A stretch of 64,000 nucleotides of DNA from contig OZ249436.1 of assembly GCA_965235115.1 (NCBI GenBank), positions 5,582,001 through 5,646,000 on the forward strand, in the 5' to 3' direction. Each line of letters starts with the position of its first letter. Position 1 is the first letter of the stretch. Of this stretch, positions 36,711 to 49,800 are shown piece by piece. The translations under genes and the position numbers were made by a program. Under the pieces are notes generated by a model. The model worked only from the letters and a program-made list of their open reading frames with translations, ran no database searches and was not told the DNA's origin. Origin of the DNA: Laetmonice hystrix (lineage: Eukaryota).

Positions 36711-39700
36711 TTTTTAAAGGTTTACAATGTACATGTAACTAAAAGAAGGAATACAGTACCAGCAGTAATTTAGTTAAATACCAGGTATAAATATCTTGTG
36801 TTTTTGCTTTACATCTCCCCATCCTTCCAGCTGATGGCCAAAAACAGACAGCTCCACTGAAAGTCCCAAGAAAAAGGGAAAGTTTATTAGAACCTTATCA
36901 AACACATCCAAACAAAAATCAGAATATTAATTAAATATGGATTACCATCACAGTAACTGGCGCGTTGGCGTAGATTAAATATAAAATACATGGTTGCTAA
37001 ACAAATTTTGCCTGTGATTCTGATTAACTTTCCACCTCACACACGGCAGGGTGTGCTGACATGTCAAACATCAGAGTGACAATACCCTAACCTAGTTCCG
37101 GCCTGGTATCCTATTTCTCCACACTCTAACGTCTAAGTAGGTTAATTCCTAATTTTATTGCCCGGCAACATCTGCAGTCTCACCCTCTCATTTAGTGTAA
37201 GGAACTTCAGGCATATGAGCAAGAATGAGGTCAAACGAACGAGTATAGAAAATACTACCTACATACATGTACTTCCATACACAGACCTACATAATATGTA
37301 AACCGTCAAAGTGAATGACATTATTATAATAATTACGAAATTGGAACAATATCCAATTAATCCTGTCAAAAGTATAAATCTTTTGTTCAGAAAGGCGAAT
37401 GAGAATGTTGGTTGAAATTTCTGCATGGGGCTACAAAAGTAAAAAGGGGGTGTGGGCCGGGGAAGGGGATCCTCCATATTGGCCTAAATATACGTATGCA
37501 ATGGTTGTAAGATGGCATCGGAGGCTGGGCTGTTGTTGGAAGAATTATTTTAGAACAATGGAATGCTCAATCTAAAGTGGCGGGAAATAGCAACACATCC
37601 CTTGAGGCTTTCCTAAGTTCAATAAATGAAGCAGATCATTACATAGCTACTTACGTGTTTGGAGGGATGTAGAATCTAGAATGATGTCTTGATGGCTGCA
37701 CCGCATGCAGGAGGAATTCTCAACTGAATTTCGCGCCAACACGTGTGCTGACCTGGAGTATACCACCACGACCCCGGGGTCATATACCCACTCTAGCACC
37801 AGCAGGCGGTCGCTTGTGCCTGGGTGCTTGCACTATGATGTGTGCAGAACGCTGCAGTCCAGGAGCCTGTTGTCTTACCATAAGATCTGGGTCAGTGGGC
37901 CGGGGTATAAAGCAAGGGCCACATAGAATTTAAAAACGGAATTATCACAAACTTGATCCCAACTTTGGACGTTGATTAGGAGGTGTCCTCTGGTTGTTAT
38001 TCTAGAGTCCTAGAATGTGTCGGTTCGTTTATAAAAACGATATATTAGTCCACCGCCTCATAAACACTTCTGCGCGTGTCCTAGCTTTGCGCTTGGAACG
38101 TACATACCTGATGGCAAAGTAGGGGCCCATGTTTGCAGCCCAACCAGTAAAACAAATTCAGATACTTTGGTTTCAAACTGCAAAGATTCATAATGATCCA
38201 TATTCGGGCAGAAAGACACAGCAAGCGTGGGATTTCGCTATCAATTCCCCGGCCGACAGGCTCGCCGGTTGCCGTGACCGGCAGCGTCGGAGCCCGCGTG
38301 CAGGGTGGATTCAGGTCGGGGTAGCTGTATGGGAGAATTACGGAGGGTCCGTATTTAAAAAGTACTGAATCATTTTATCCCAAACTTACGATATTTTATG
38401 GAAAGAGTTCTTGTGAATATGTAAGCAAGGTTGGAGCCTATGAAATGGAATGGAAGGTACCCTAAAGAAGCGAATAAAACAGGCAGACAGATCTTTTCAA
38501 AGTTTCCTATTCCTGACAGGAGGTGGCGCCACAAATACACTTAGCCCTAATTATTCAGGTCATTAATTAACCAGTTTTCTTTAACATATAATGGTTTAGA
38601 AATGGGGACTCATTGGATAATTTGTATTCCTAGCAACGTTGAGAATTTCATTAAGGTTCCTTCAACAGTAAAGTGGATAACAACTTATTTCATTTAAAAT
38701 TAATTAATTTTTAAAGTGTATTTCCATAATAAGGATTGAGGTATAATTGGGCATGCGTATAGAGAGTGACCATGTCTGCATACAGGAGCAGTATGATTAC
38801 TCCCCTGGCATTATTAAAAGAGCTATAGTGTTCAGATTGTGGAGTCCACCTTTTCATTTAGAATTAAATAATTAAAACTACTTTACCTAAGAAATCTGAA
38901 ATAGAATCCACTTTGTAATGTGTAGAACACCTAGGGTTATAATAACGCCACTTTTTATAGTATTTAAACCAATTTTGACCAATTACCGCAACTTTAGGAA
39001 AGATATCGCCTTTCAGTGCAACTCTCCATCAACGTCTGGGCGGGCCAGAAATGCGAACTAGTCAATTTTCTTAATTACGCATGAATTCGCCTAATTATGT
39101 TAATATATCCTCTTTGCCACCTAAAGAAACGATCTGTGATGTTTTTCTTATTGTTTAAAATTGCACGGGGCCAAAAAACCTCAATTAATCACCCTGCCCC
39201 CCAGGCGCTTGTGCTGCCACCTATCGGTTATCGGACGTTGTGGCCACTTTACTATTGGTATATAAACTTTACATTTCCCCGGATTCATTTTCAGATATCA
39301 TTTCAGACAAACACTTCAGTGCTTAAATGCACATATAAACCTACGATGAGGACACCACGTGTATCTTTCGCTATGGATTTGTACAAATACAACAAATAGT
39401 AGGCGTATATTATCAGGCGTTCCTGGAGATTTTCGACTTTTTTGGGGTGTGGGGGGGGGGGATGCTGCGAGTTTGGGGGGGGGGGGGCAGTAATGCAAAA
39501 TATTTCCCCCTGGAGATTGTTTTTTGTGGGGGAGTAGATAAATAATGGGGGGGGGGGGGGAAGTCTCCCCCCCCAAAAAAAAAAAGGGCCTGCAGGAAAC
39601 CCTGATTATATATCATATACCTGCTGTTAGGCCGGCTGTCAATACGTCTATAAAATACCTTTAAAACAGGTTTTAGCCTAAACCTGTAAAAGGTATATCT

Positions 39701-39849
39701 GTCAGAATAAAAAGTGATAGAAAAGTTCTGATCGAGGCACGAAAAGGATAGGCTTGAAAAAAGAGAATCAAGCGGAGTGGGTAAGGTCTGATAAACACTG
39801 TTTTTCGGTCGAAAATAGTATTTATCGATCGAAAAACAGCTTTCTTATG

Positions 39850-41190
39850 GAATATTGCCTGCTACATCACAGCCGTGATGTCCATGTGAGGTCAGAGTGA
39901 CGTCATTCTGTGAATATTCTAATATTTGCGATGTCACTGTGAGATTTCTGTGACTTCATATTTGTGAGCTCATATTTCGGATATCACTGTGACATATTGC
40001 CTGCTACATCACAGCCGTGATGTTCATGTGAGGTCACAGTGACGTCATTCTGTGAATATTCTAATATTTGCAATGTCACTGTGAGATTTCTGTGACTTCA
40101 TATTTGTGAGCTCATATTTCGGATATCACTGTGACATATTGCCTGTTACATCACAGCCGTGATGTTCATGTGAGGTCACAGTGACGTCATTCTGTGAATA
40201 TTCTAATATTTGCAATGTCACTGTGAGATTTCTGTGACTTCATATTTGTGAGCTCATATTTCGGATATCACTGTGACATATTGCCTGTTACATCACAGCC
40301 GTGATGTTCATGTGAGGTCAGAGTGACGTCATTCTGTGAATATTCTAATATTTGCGATGTCACTGTGAGATTTCTGTGACTTCATATTTGTGAGCTCACA
40401 TGTTGGATATCACTGTGACATTTTGCCTGTTACATCACAGCCGTGATGTCCAAGTGAGGTCACAGTGACGTCATTCTGTGAATATTCTAATATTTGCGAT
40501 GTCACTGTGAGATTTCTGTGACTTCATATTTGTGAGCTCATATTTCGGATATCACTGTGACATGTTGCCTGTTACATCACAGACGTGATGTTCATGTGAG
40601 GTCACAGTGACGTCATTCTGTGAATATTCAAATATTTGCGATGTCACTGTGAGATTTCTGTGACTTCATATTTGTGAGCTCATATTTCGGATATCACTGT
40701 GACATGTTGCCTGTTACATCACAACCGTGATGTCCAAGTGAGGTCAGAGTGACGTCATTCTGTGAATATTCTAATATTTGCGATGTCACTGTGAGATTTC
40801 TGTGACTTCATATTTGTGAGCTCATATTTCGGATATCACTGTGACATATTGCCTGTTACATCACAGCCGTGATGTTCATGTGAGGTCACAGTGACGTCAT
40901 TCTGTGAATATTCTAATATTTGCGATGTCACTGTGAGATTTCTGTGACTTCATATTTGTGAGCTCATATTTCGGATATCACTGTGACATATTGCCTGTTA
41001 CATCACAGCCGTGATGTTCATGTGAGGTCAGAGTGACGTCATTCTGTGAATATTCTAATATTTGCGATGTCACTGTGAGATTTCTGTGACTTCATATTTG
41101 TGAGCTCATGTTTGTGACACCAGAGTGACATCAGTGTGAACTATTACCTGTTACATCACAGCTGTGATGTTAATGTGAGATCACAGTGAC
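39850..41190. repeat. Right subterminal array, 120-bp unit, ~11 copies
   Basis: Period-120 repeat of ATTGCCTGTTACATCACAGCCGTGATGTTCATGTGAGGTCACAGTGACGTCATTCTGTG... Confidence 0.95.
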
Positions 41191-43138
41191 GTCTACGTGA
41201 ACTCACTTCCTCACTGGGTGGGCCACTATAGGGCCCTGTAAAATCCGTAATGCGGAATTCACGGGCGGAATCAGCCATAACACACGGAGGTATGTAGATC
41301 TAGGCCTATATTGTTACTGAAGAAATACGTTTCTGTAAATAGGAAACTAAGTAACGTCATCTTTTGTAAAAGCCTGTAGCTATATGTGCGCCCTATGCAA
41401 AGAAAGTTCAGCGAATCAGGGGACATCGTTGCACGATACGGTCACCATTCAATGATCCGTAACTAACGTGGTTCTGATGGCGGTTACCTATAGCCAGTAA
41501 TAGATCTACTAGGGGTACACGACGGTGCCAGCTACGATATGCATCAACCGTAAAACTACCGTTACAACCTACGGATCGTTACGGATCGTCACGTATCACC
41601 CCATCCTCCCCCGCTCGGGGTTGAACCGCTTCCAGTGATTCACCCCCTCCCGCCTGCATGGCCGCCTAGTCTCAGAAACGCGTAGCTCGCAGCGCCATCT
41701 GTTTTCCACCTGCTACGGTCCAATAGGAACGTCCCCGGCCCAGAGGCCGAGAGCGACAGCCAGCGCCAGCGCTAGCGACACCAGGCCGCGTGCAGGCCAG
41801 TGTATAGCCTAGGCCTAGGCCTAATGTTTGGATGCTTGTTTGGACGATGACAGGGGAGCTAAACTTTGGAATTTAGCGTGTTAAACGGTATTAGGTCAGA
41901 GTGCTACAAACTGTATTGTTAGGGAGGAACACATTTGTTTATCAGCGAACTGGGCAAGGCATTTTTGCGAGAAGTAGAGTCTAAGCCTTCGGTGAGAACC
42001 GTGCGGGTAGAGCGACGGTGACAGGTCCTATATTCATAAGGTCGACCTCAGGGTCAACTTCCACTGCCCGGTTAGCCTGGGCTGGGCTCAAGGGGTAGAA
42101 TGCAGGATGTGCGATGCCCCTTGACAACTCAAGATGGGATCACCCCGGATCGGTATACGGTTTGCCGCGGGACTCCCTATATAGAGGTCTACGCATCCCC
42201 ACAGATTTCTAGCACCGTGGTTCACCGTGGCTATTATTACAGTGGAGAGTGAGTGAGGTCAAATGTTATAGTTAAAGCCCTACCGTTTTAAAAACCTGTA
42301 TAACGAGGGGCGGATCAGGGATTTTCGCTTAGGTGGGGGGGGGGGGGGGGCTACCGGGACGAAGTCGGAAAGGGGTGGCTGGTCCTGAACTCCTGATAAC
42401 TAAATCATGTTTTAGGCCTATACAATTTTCAGTCTTCATAAAGGGCTAAGTTATACTAGGGCAACTAGGGATAGGATGTGCCACTTCACTTCGAGGGATA
42501 CAAGGTCGACGTAACCAGTTCACCGATGCTTAGGCCTATACGGGGTTTCATTATCGACGTTTGGCTTTCAAGCATAAAAATGTCGCAAATTTTGATCCTG
42601 GGCTTACGTCATAAGGGACGGCTATAAGGGGAAATGTGAAAAGTACTAACGACTCATCTCAGACTGGGCGAATTTTCGTTATAGGCCCCTATGTTGGTGA
42701 GGTCCTGGGGCCTCGTGTCCATCCTGCCCCATAGTTCCCCTGTACTTGTCCAAAATTTAGGGTGGGCCCGGGCCCCTGCCCCCCTAGATCCGCCTCTGAA
42801 AATCGACCCCTGCCATATAAATCAACTGTATAGCCTATCGGATGCAAAGCTCAAACTCGATGCAATACTTTCCCTTTACATCAGCACACCCTAAATAGAA
42901 CGTGAACGGATAGACCCAGTTTTCTCGCTTTTGCTTTTTACATGGTATAGATAAACATTCCGACATATATTTCTGTCCTTCACGTGCCGCCGACCGGGAT
43001 ACTTTATTATATGTTTTAGTGACGCATTGTTCGTGTAGGGGCGAGGGAGAGCCAATAGTCAGAATACCGTCCGTATTTTAATAGGCTAATACTTTGAGTA
43101 TCCCCTGATAGGTGCTTGTTTTTCTTTCAGACTAAATA

Positions 43139-46100
43139 ATGCGCGAAAGGACGGAAGCGATGCGAACAATGCGAGATCCATGGAAACGAGCGATGTCGCT
43201 TGTCTTTCTTCAATCCGTAATTTCTCTCTTGTCGCAGGCGAATAGCAACGAAGTCGTACCTCTGTGCCCTGTTAACGATAAAACGTGTGAGATAGTGTTG
43301 GAGATAGGTCACACTGTCACAATGACAAGACGAGATGACGTTGGAGGGACTCATGCGTACTATTTTAATAAAAGTGGAGAGGCATACGAATACAAACCTT
43401 GTAGCCCAAACAGCGAAGGAAAATCAGTCGAAGGTATAGTTTTTAAGATACAAAATTTAATTTCGTAATTACCCTAATTTATAGTATTGATAAAAATGCG
43501 ACGAATCTGATAAATGTGTATACGGAGAAGAACCTGTTACACGTATAACCGTGGATGATATAAACATTTGTCGTCTTCTACACCAAAAAGAAAACATCGG
43601 GCAATCTTTGCCGACCTCACTGTAAAAAAATCGTAGTTTTTACGGAAATTTACCGTATTCTTGCACGGAAAATTTCTCTCGCTGACCTTCGGTAAATATC
43701 ACGGATATTATCTGTTGTTTATTCAGTGAAGTACGCATTAGAAGAATCGCGGAAAATCTCTGTAATTTTTACGGATATTCCGTTGCCAGTTTACGGAAAC
43801 AATATTACGGAACTCGTTATTTTTACGGAAAATATCCGGTTCCTTTGTTGCCAGACATTTTCCGTAAATTTAACGGAATTTTTCTAACAATGTAGGCCTA
43901 TCATGGATAGGCCACGTAGATTCTTTGGTTGAACATGTGAGGGTTTTTTTATTAGATATATCCGAGATTCCTTTCGGGGATGGCTCCTTCAAGCTCGTGA
44001 CTGTTTACAATGGCTCTCTACCTGGTCCGCCAATTGTAGTCTACCGAGGACAAGAGGTAAAGTGACGTTTCTAATCTTGATGGAAAGCAAGTAATCCCAG
44101 GTAGAGCACGACTAGGTGTAGGAAAGGTAGGACCCAATCAGTATAATAGGTGAACATGCGATGCCTGCTTCCATATTTCAGATTTTAGATTCATTTGATT
44201 TGATTCTAGATTCATTACACACCAAAAAAAGGTCCAAAAGCTCCAACATTTCCAAAACTTTAGACTTTCTCTGTTTCCTGTAGGATTGGATACTAAGTAG
44301 TAAAACCTGGAAGAATTTATCATTTACATAGCCAAAATAAATTACACCAAATCATTTACATAGCCAAAATAAATTACGCCAAATCATTTACATAGCCAAA
44401 ATAAATTACGCCAAATCATTTACATAGCCAAAATAAATTACGCCAAATCATTTACACAGCCAAAATAAATTACGCCAAATCATTTACATAGCCAAAATAA
44501 ATTACGCCGGCAACCTATAAACTCGTAAAATTGCCATAGTTCTTTAGTCAAGTGGCGTATTTATGAAATAAATTAAAAATAAATAAATCGGGCCATGATT
44601 ATGAATCGGGCGGGGAGCATGGTCGATCATGAACAGATCGGAAATCCAAATTCATGATCTTGGTAAATGTCCAGGTGGTTATACGACTGAAGAACAATAT
44701 TGGGCACGAATCGACGACGCTGCATTCCCACGGTATCCACCAGTTCCGGACCCCTTGGATGGACGGTGTGGCTGGAGTCTCTCACTGCCCTATCAACCCA
44801 GGAGAAACGTTTACATATAGGTACAGTATCTCACTGCCCCATCAACCCAGGGGAAACGTTTACATATAGGTACAGTATCTCACTGCCCTATCAACCCAGG
44901 GGAAACGTTTACATAAAGGTATACAGTCACTGCCCTATATCAACCCAGGGGAAACGTTTACATATAGGTACAGTATCTCACTGCCCTATCAACCCAGGGG
45001 AAACGTTTACATATAGGTACAGTCTCTCACTGCCCTATCAACCCGGGGGAAACGTTTACATATAGGTACAGTCACTGCCCTATCAACCCAGGGGAAACGT
45101 TTACATATAGGTACAGTCTCCCACTGCCCTATCAACCCGGGGGAAACGTTTACATATAGGTACAGTCTCTCACTGCCCTATCAACCCAGGGGAAACGTTT
45201 ACATATAGGTACAGTCACTGCCCTATCAACCCAGGGGAAACGTTTACATATAGGTACAGTCACTGACCTATCAACCCAGGGGAAACGTTTACATATAGGT
45301 ACAGTCACTGCCCTATCAACCCAGGGGAAACGTTTACATATAGGTACAGTCTCCCACTGCCCTATCAACCCAGGGGAAACGTTTACATATAGGTACAGTC
45401 TCTCACTGCCCTATCAACCCGGGGGAAACGTTTACATATAGGTACAGTCTCTCACTGCCCTATCAACCCGGGGGAAACGTTTACATATAGGTACAGTATC
45501 TCACTGCCCTATCAACCCAGGGGAAACGTTTACATATAGGTACAGTATCTCACTGCCCTATCAACCCAGGGGAAACGTTTACAGATAGGTACAGTATCTC
45601 ACTGCCCTATCAACCCGGGGGAAACGTTTACATATAGGTACAGTCACTGCCCTATCAACCCGGGGGAAACGTTTACATATAGGTACAGTCACTGCCCTAT
45701 CAACCCGGGGGAAACGTTTACATATAGGTACAGTCTCTCACTGCCCTATCAACCCGGGGGAAACGTTTACATATAGGTACAGTATCTCACTGCCCTATCA
45801 ACCCGGGGGAAACGTTTACATATAGGTACAGTCACTGCCCTATCAACCCGGGGGAAACGTTTACATATAGGTACAGTCACTGCCCTATCAACCCAGGGGA
45901 AACGTTTACATATACATTGTAGGTACAGTCTATCACTGCCCTATCAACCCAGGGGAAACGTTTACATATAGGTACAATCACTGCCCTATCAACCCGGGGG
46001 AAACGTTTACATATAGGTACAGTCACCGCCCTATCAACCCGGGGGACACGTTTACATATAGGTACAATCACTGCCCTATCAACCCAGGGGAAACGTTTAC

Positions 46101-46804
46101 ATATAGGTACAGTCAACTCCACATATCAGATTTGCTTCTAACCGAGACTGCATGCATTTGTTAAATTAAGGCCTAGATCTATACAATGTAGATAGAATGA
46201 CCTGGAACATCCCGAAAGGGAGAGGTGCCTTCTGGAATCCAACCCTATATCCGAAGTACAGCCATTCACGTAGCCTATAATGAAGGTCTCTATCGCCAAG
46301 CGCGGTATCTGAACAAAGGCAGGTAATCACGATTATATAATGTTGTTTGGTTGGCGGTTACCTGAATAGGTTTGAGGCGGAGCCGGCAGGCACACACTGG
46401 TACCACAGTCATCACGGGACCCAGCGTACAATGGGAGCAGCTGGAGCTTTGATCGTCCTCGAGACAGCAGAGGACCTCAAGGAGGAGCGGGTAAAGTAAC
46501 AGGCCTCGGATCGACAAAGAGAACAGTTTGGGTCATTTTTATGATGGTTTTCATTGAGATATTTATCATTTAGACTAAACTATAATGTATGACCATGTGG
46601 GCAACGGCACGGGGGGGGGATCATTATTGGGGGTTTGGGGGAAGAGGTCCGAAACGTTTCAGCGGTTCGACAGTGCATGTGCTTGAAAACATCATACTTT
46701 TTAAATGCGAGATCAGATTTTTGGGGAGGTCACCCCTCCCCCATCTTAATTATTGGGAAGGAGAACCCCCTACTGACTGGCTCTCTCTCTCTCACCCTCT
46801 GTCG

Positions 46805-46895
<91 letters not shown>

Positions 46896-49800
46896 CGGTC
46901 CCCCCTCCCCGATTTCCTCAGTGAACTCTCTCCATCATGCAACTTTATTCCAATCTTTTCCCAACCTCCAGGGCAGTGATGTTCTGCCGACCTTTCACAA
47001 GGAATTTTACATGGTTTTACAAGACTGGATGCGGAGAAGTTCAGACGACCTGTTGACCTTGATCAAATACGACACAGTAAAGTAAGTGAACTCCAAATTG
47101 TTGTCAGTTACCTAAAATGTATGTGTCTGTTCTTTATATTAGCTGCATGATAAAATAGCTGTGCCGATGTCCTTTATACGGTTGAGAGGTATAGAGGTAT
47201 AGTTGGGATGACAAGTTATCGGGCATGTAGTAGATTGCCTAGTCTACTCATGTGTAGTCCCACATTCGGGAGTTTATCTTTTATTGTTCGAGCGGCTATA
47301 TAAATGTATGTCCCTAACCCCCATCTTTCTAACTTAAAGGTACAGGAAAAGTTCAAAATATCAATAGAAGGGTGTTCAGCATGAACAAGCTTGTTCCTAC
47401 CTACAATCCTGTGCTGTGATGGTATGATCTTTAATAAGGAATAATCAACTGAAATGTAGAGACATTCCCCCGCTGGCTTCGTCTGCTTGTCTGCCCTACT
47501 TGGCCCCACTTCAGTCACGTGACGCCGCGTCATAGCTCCCCTGTGTCGCGTGAAAATTAGCGCGTGACCCGCGCGGTAATTTTAGAAAGTCGACGAGACA
47601 GCGTTCAACTTATCGGTGCGACCGTAGACAGTTCAGTTACTGGTGTTCAAAGGTACGTTTTTGAGGAACTTTTCCTGTACCTTTAATGCGTAGAATTCTA
47701 CTGCTGATTTGTCTACATTATACATGTTTGAGAGGAAGACCCTGCCCGTTCCACATGCAGGTATCCTTTTGGCTATGGCAGCGTGAACGAATGCTACAAT
47801 TCCACCAAGCAGGCTGATGGCGTTGACAGTGGTGTCTTACCGTTTGTGTCAGCTCTCCTAAATGGCAGAGGTCCGTATACTGACGGCATCATTGAAAACA
47901 CACGCTAGACAATGTTCTACATGTAGGCCTACATGAAACAGACAAGTGAACAGCAGTTAATTATGACATTTATTGGGTGAAGTTTAGCAAGCTTGATTTA
48001 TGCCCAACGGGCTACCATTTCTAATGACCCTTAATGATCCTCTCACACCTTGCCGGATAGCATAAACGGACGTGCGACGGAGAGAAACTTTGTCAAAATT
48101 AACCATCCGGTGGTGAAAGTCGTCTCTGTTGCTACTCGATGCCCTCAGGCGGGCACAAGTCAGTATAGGCTGCCGAATAGTCCGGTGGAAGGACTTCCGT
48201 TTTCGTAACGCTATGGTGTGGGAGTGATACGGCCGTGGGGATTCTATATCTATATTCTTACGCGTGACGTCACAGCAGTTCACTGACTTGAGCCCTCGGG
48301 CGTTTCTCCGGATTGAACGGACCTCGCCTGACAAGGAACGCATTTGGCGAACGAGAAACGGACAAGAAACGCATGCAAACGGAGATAATCCGTTTATGCT
48401 ATCCGGCAAGGTGTGACAGGGCCATTAAAGCGGTGTTTCCATTAACGCGGCTGCGGCCCGGCTGCGGTGCGGTCACTCGTACGGCTGATAAGACACGTCG
48501 TTGTTTTTAAAGGTGCGTCCCGGCTGCGTCTCAATGTTGTTGGTATAAGGTCATAGGCCATACACCTGCCGAATCGAAAAGTTTTTCGATAAGTTTTTCG
48601 ATATCTTCCTCGCTGACCACGTGAGGTATGGTGCCATCCATTTTTTGAGTGAAGAACATGCACGGGACCACCTAGGATCAAGGGGATCCCTCATGCGGCT
48701 CATCTGCGGCTGTGCTCGAATCGCTCCATGACGCGATCGGGAAGAGCCGCATCCGACGCCCGGACGGGCGCCGTACGGAGATCGCATTAATGGAAACACT
48801 TACATTAAAAACAACGACGTGCGATATCAGCCGTACCCGTGCCCGGACCGCAGCCGGACCGCAGCCGCGTTAATGGAAACACCGCTTAAGAGCGTCACTG
48901 TAATCTCGAAAATAGCAAAGGCATGGTTATAACGGACGTTATGTTGACATAATGTGACACTTGCTTATGTATATTGAAACAGGAAGGTACAATGGTCGTA
49001 ATCCAATGTACCCCGGAAAGACTTATGTCCCCTTTGAGATCTACAAGGTGAGAAAGGGTGGATTTTATCGATTCCGGGTCATCGGGGCGTCAATGCTGTT
49101 CAGCTTCCGAGTGTCGGTTGATGGCCACCCGATTTATGTCATCGCAACCGACGGCACGAATGTAAGGGCTCGCCGACTGGAGTCGCTGATTATATTTAAT
49201 GGGGAAAGGTAAAGATGTTTGGTTTTTGTATCTCCAAAACAGTGATTGGCTTAGTAATGATGTAGTATTGGGGCACCTGTCATTAAAACACTAATTGGCT
49301 TAGTAATGATGTAGTATTGGGGCACCTGTCATTAAAACAGTGATTGGCTTAGTAATGATGTAGTATTGGGGCACCTGTCATTAAAACACTAATTGGCTTA
49401 GTAATGATGTAGTATTGGGGCACCTGTCATTAAAACACTAATTGGCTTAGTAATGATGTAGTATTGGGGCACCTGTCATTAAAACACTAATTGGCTTAGT
49501 AATGATGTAGTATTGGGGCACCTGTCATTAAAACAGTGATTGGCTTAGTAATGATGTAGTAGTGTGGCACCTGTCATTAAAACACTAATTGGCTTAGTAA
49601 TGATGTAGTATTGGGGCACCTGTCATTAAAACAGTGATTGGCTTAGTAATGATGTAGTAGTGTGGCACCTGTCATTAAAACACTAATTGGCTTAGTAATG
49701 ATGTAGTATTGGGGCACCTGTCATTAAAACAGTGATTGGCTTAGTAATGATGTAGTATTGGGGCACCTGTCATTAAAACAGTGATTGGCTTAGTAATGAT

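Larger units (their letters stand above)
32456..41218. mobile_element. 8.8-kb EnSpm/CACTA (CMC)-like non-autonomous element with subterminal satellite arrays
   Basis: Termini CCCAGTGAGGAA ... TTCCTCACTGGG with a 2-bp TSD TG (32454-55, 41219-20). Both ends carry arrays rich in TCACAGTGA/TGACATCA motifs. Confidence 0.75.

Noticed and set aside
37650..38370. Possible EnSpm transposase exons inside the 8.8-kb element
   Set aside because: Donor-like sites exist, but I could not recognise any transposase motif or build a continuous frame.
46589..46979. ORFs with SL/ER dipeptide runs
   Set aside because: (CT)n microsatellite inside a laccase intron.
47761..47770. Perfect U12-like GTATCCTTTT in the laccase gene
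   Set aside because: It is the first 10 nt of a coding exon (K-Y-P-F) right after a CAG acceptor and is needed for the reading frame, so most likely coincidental.
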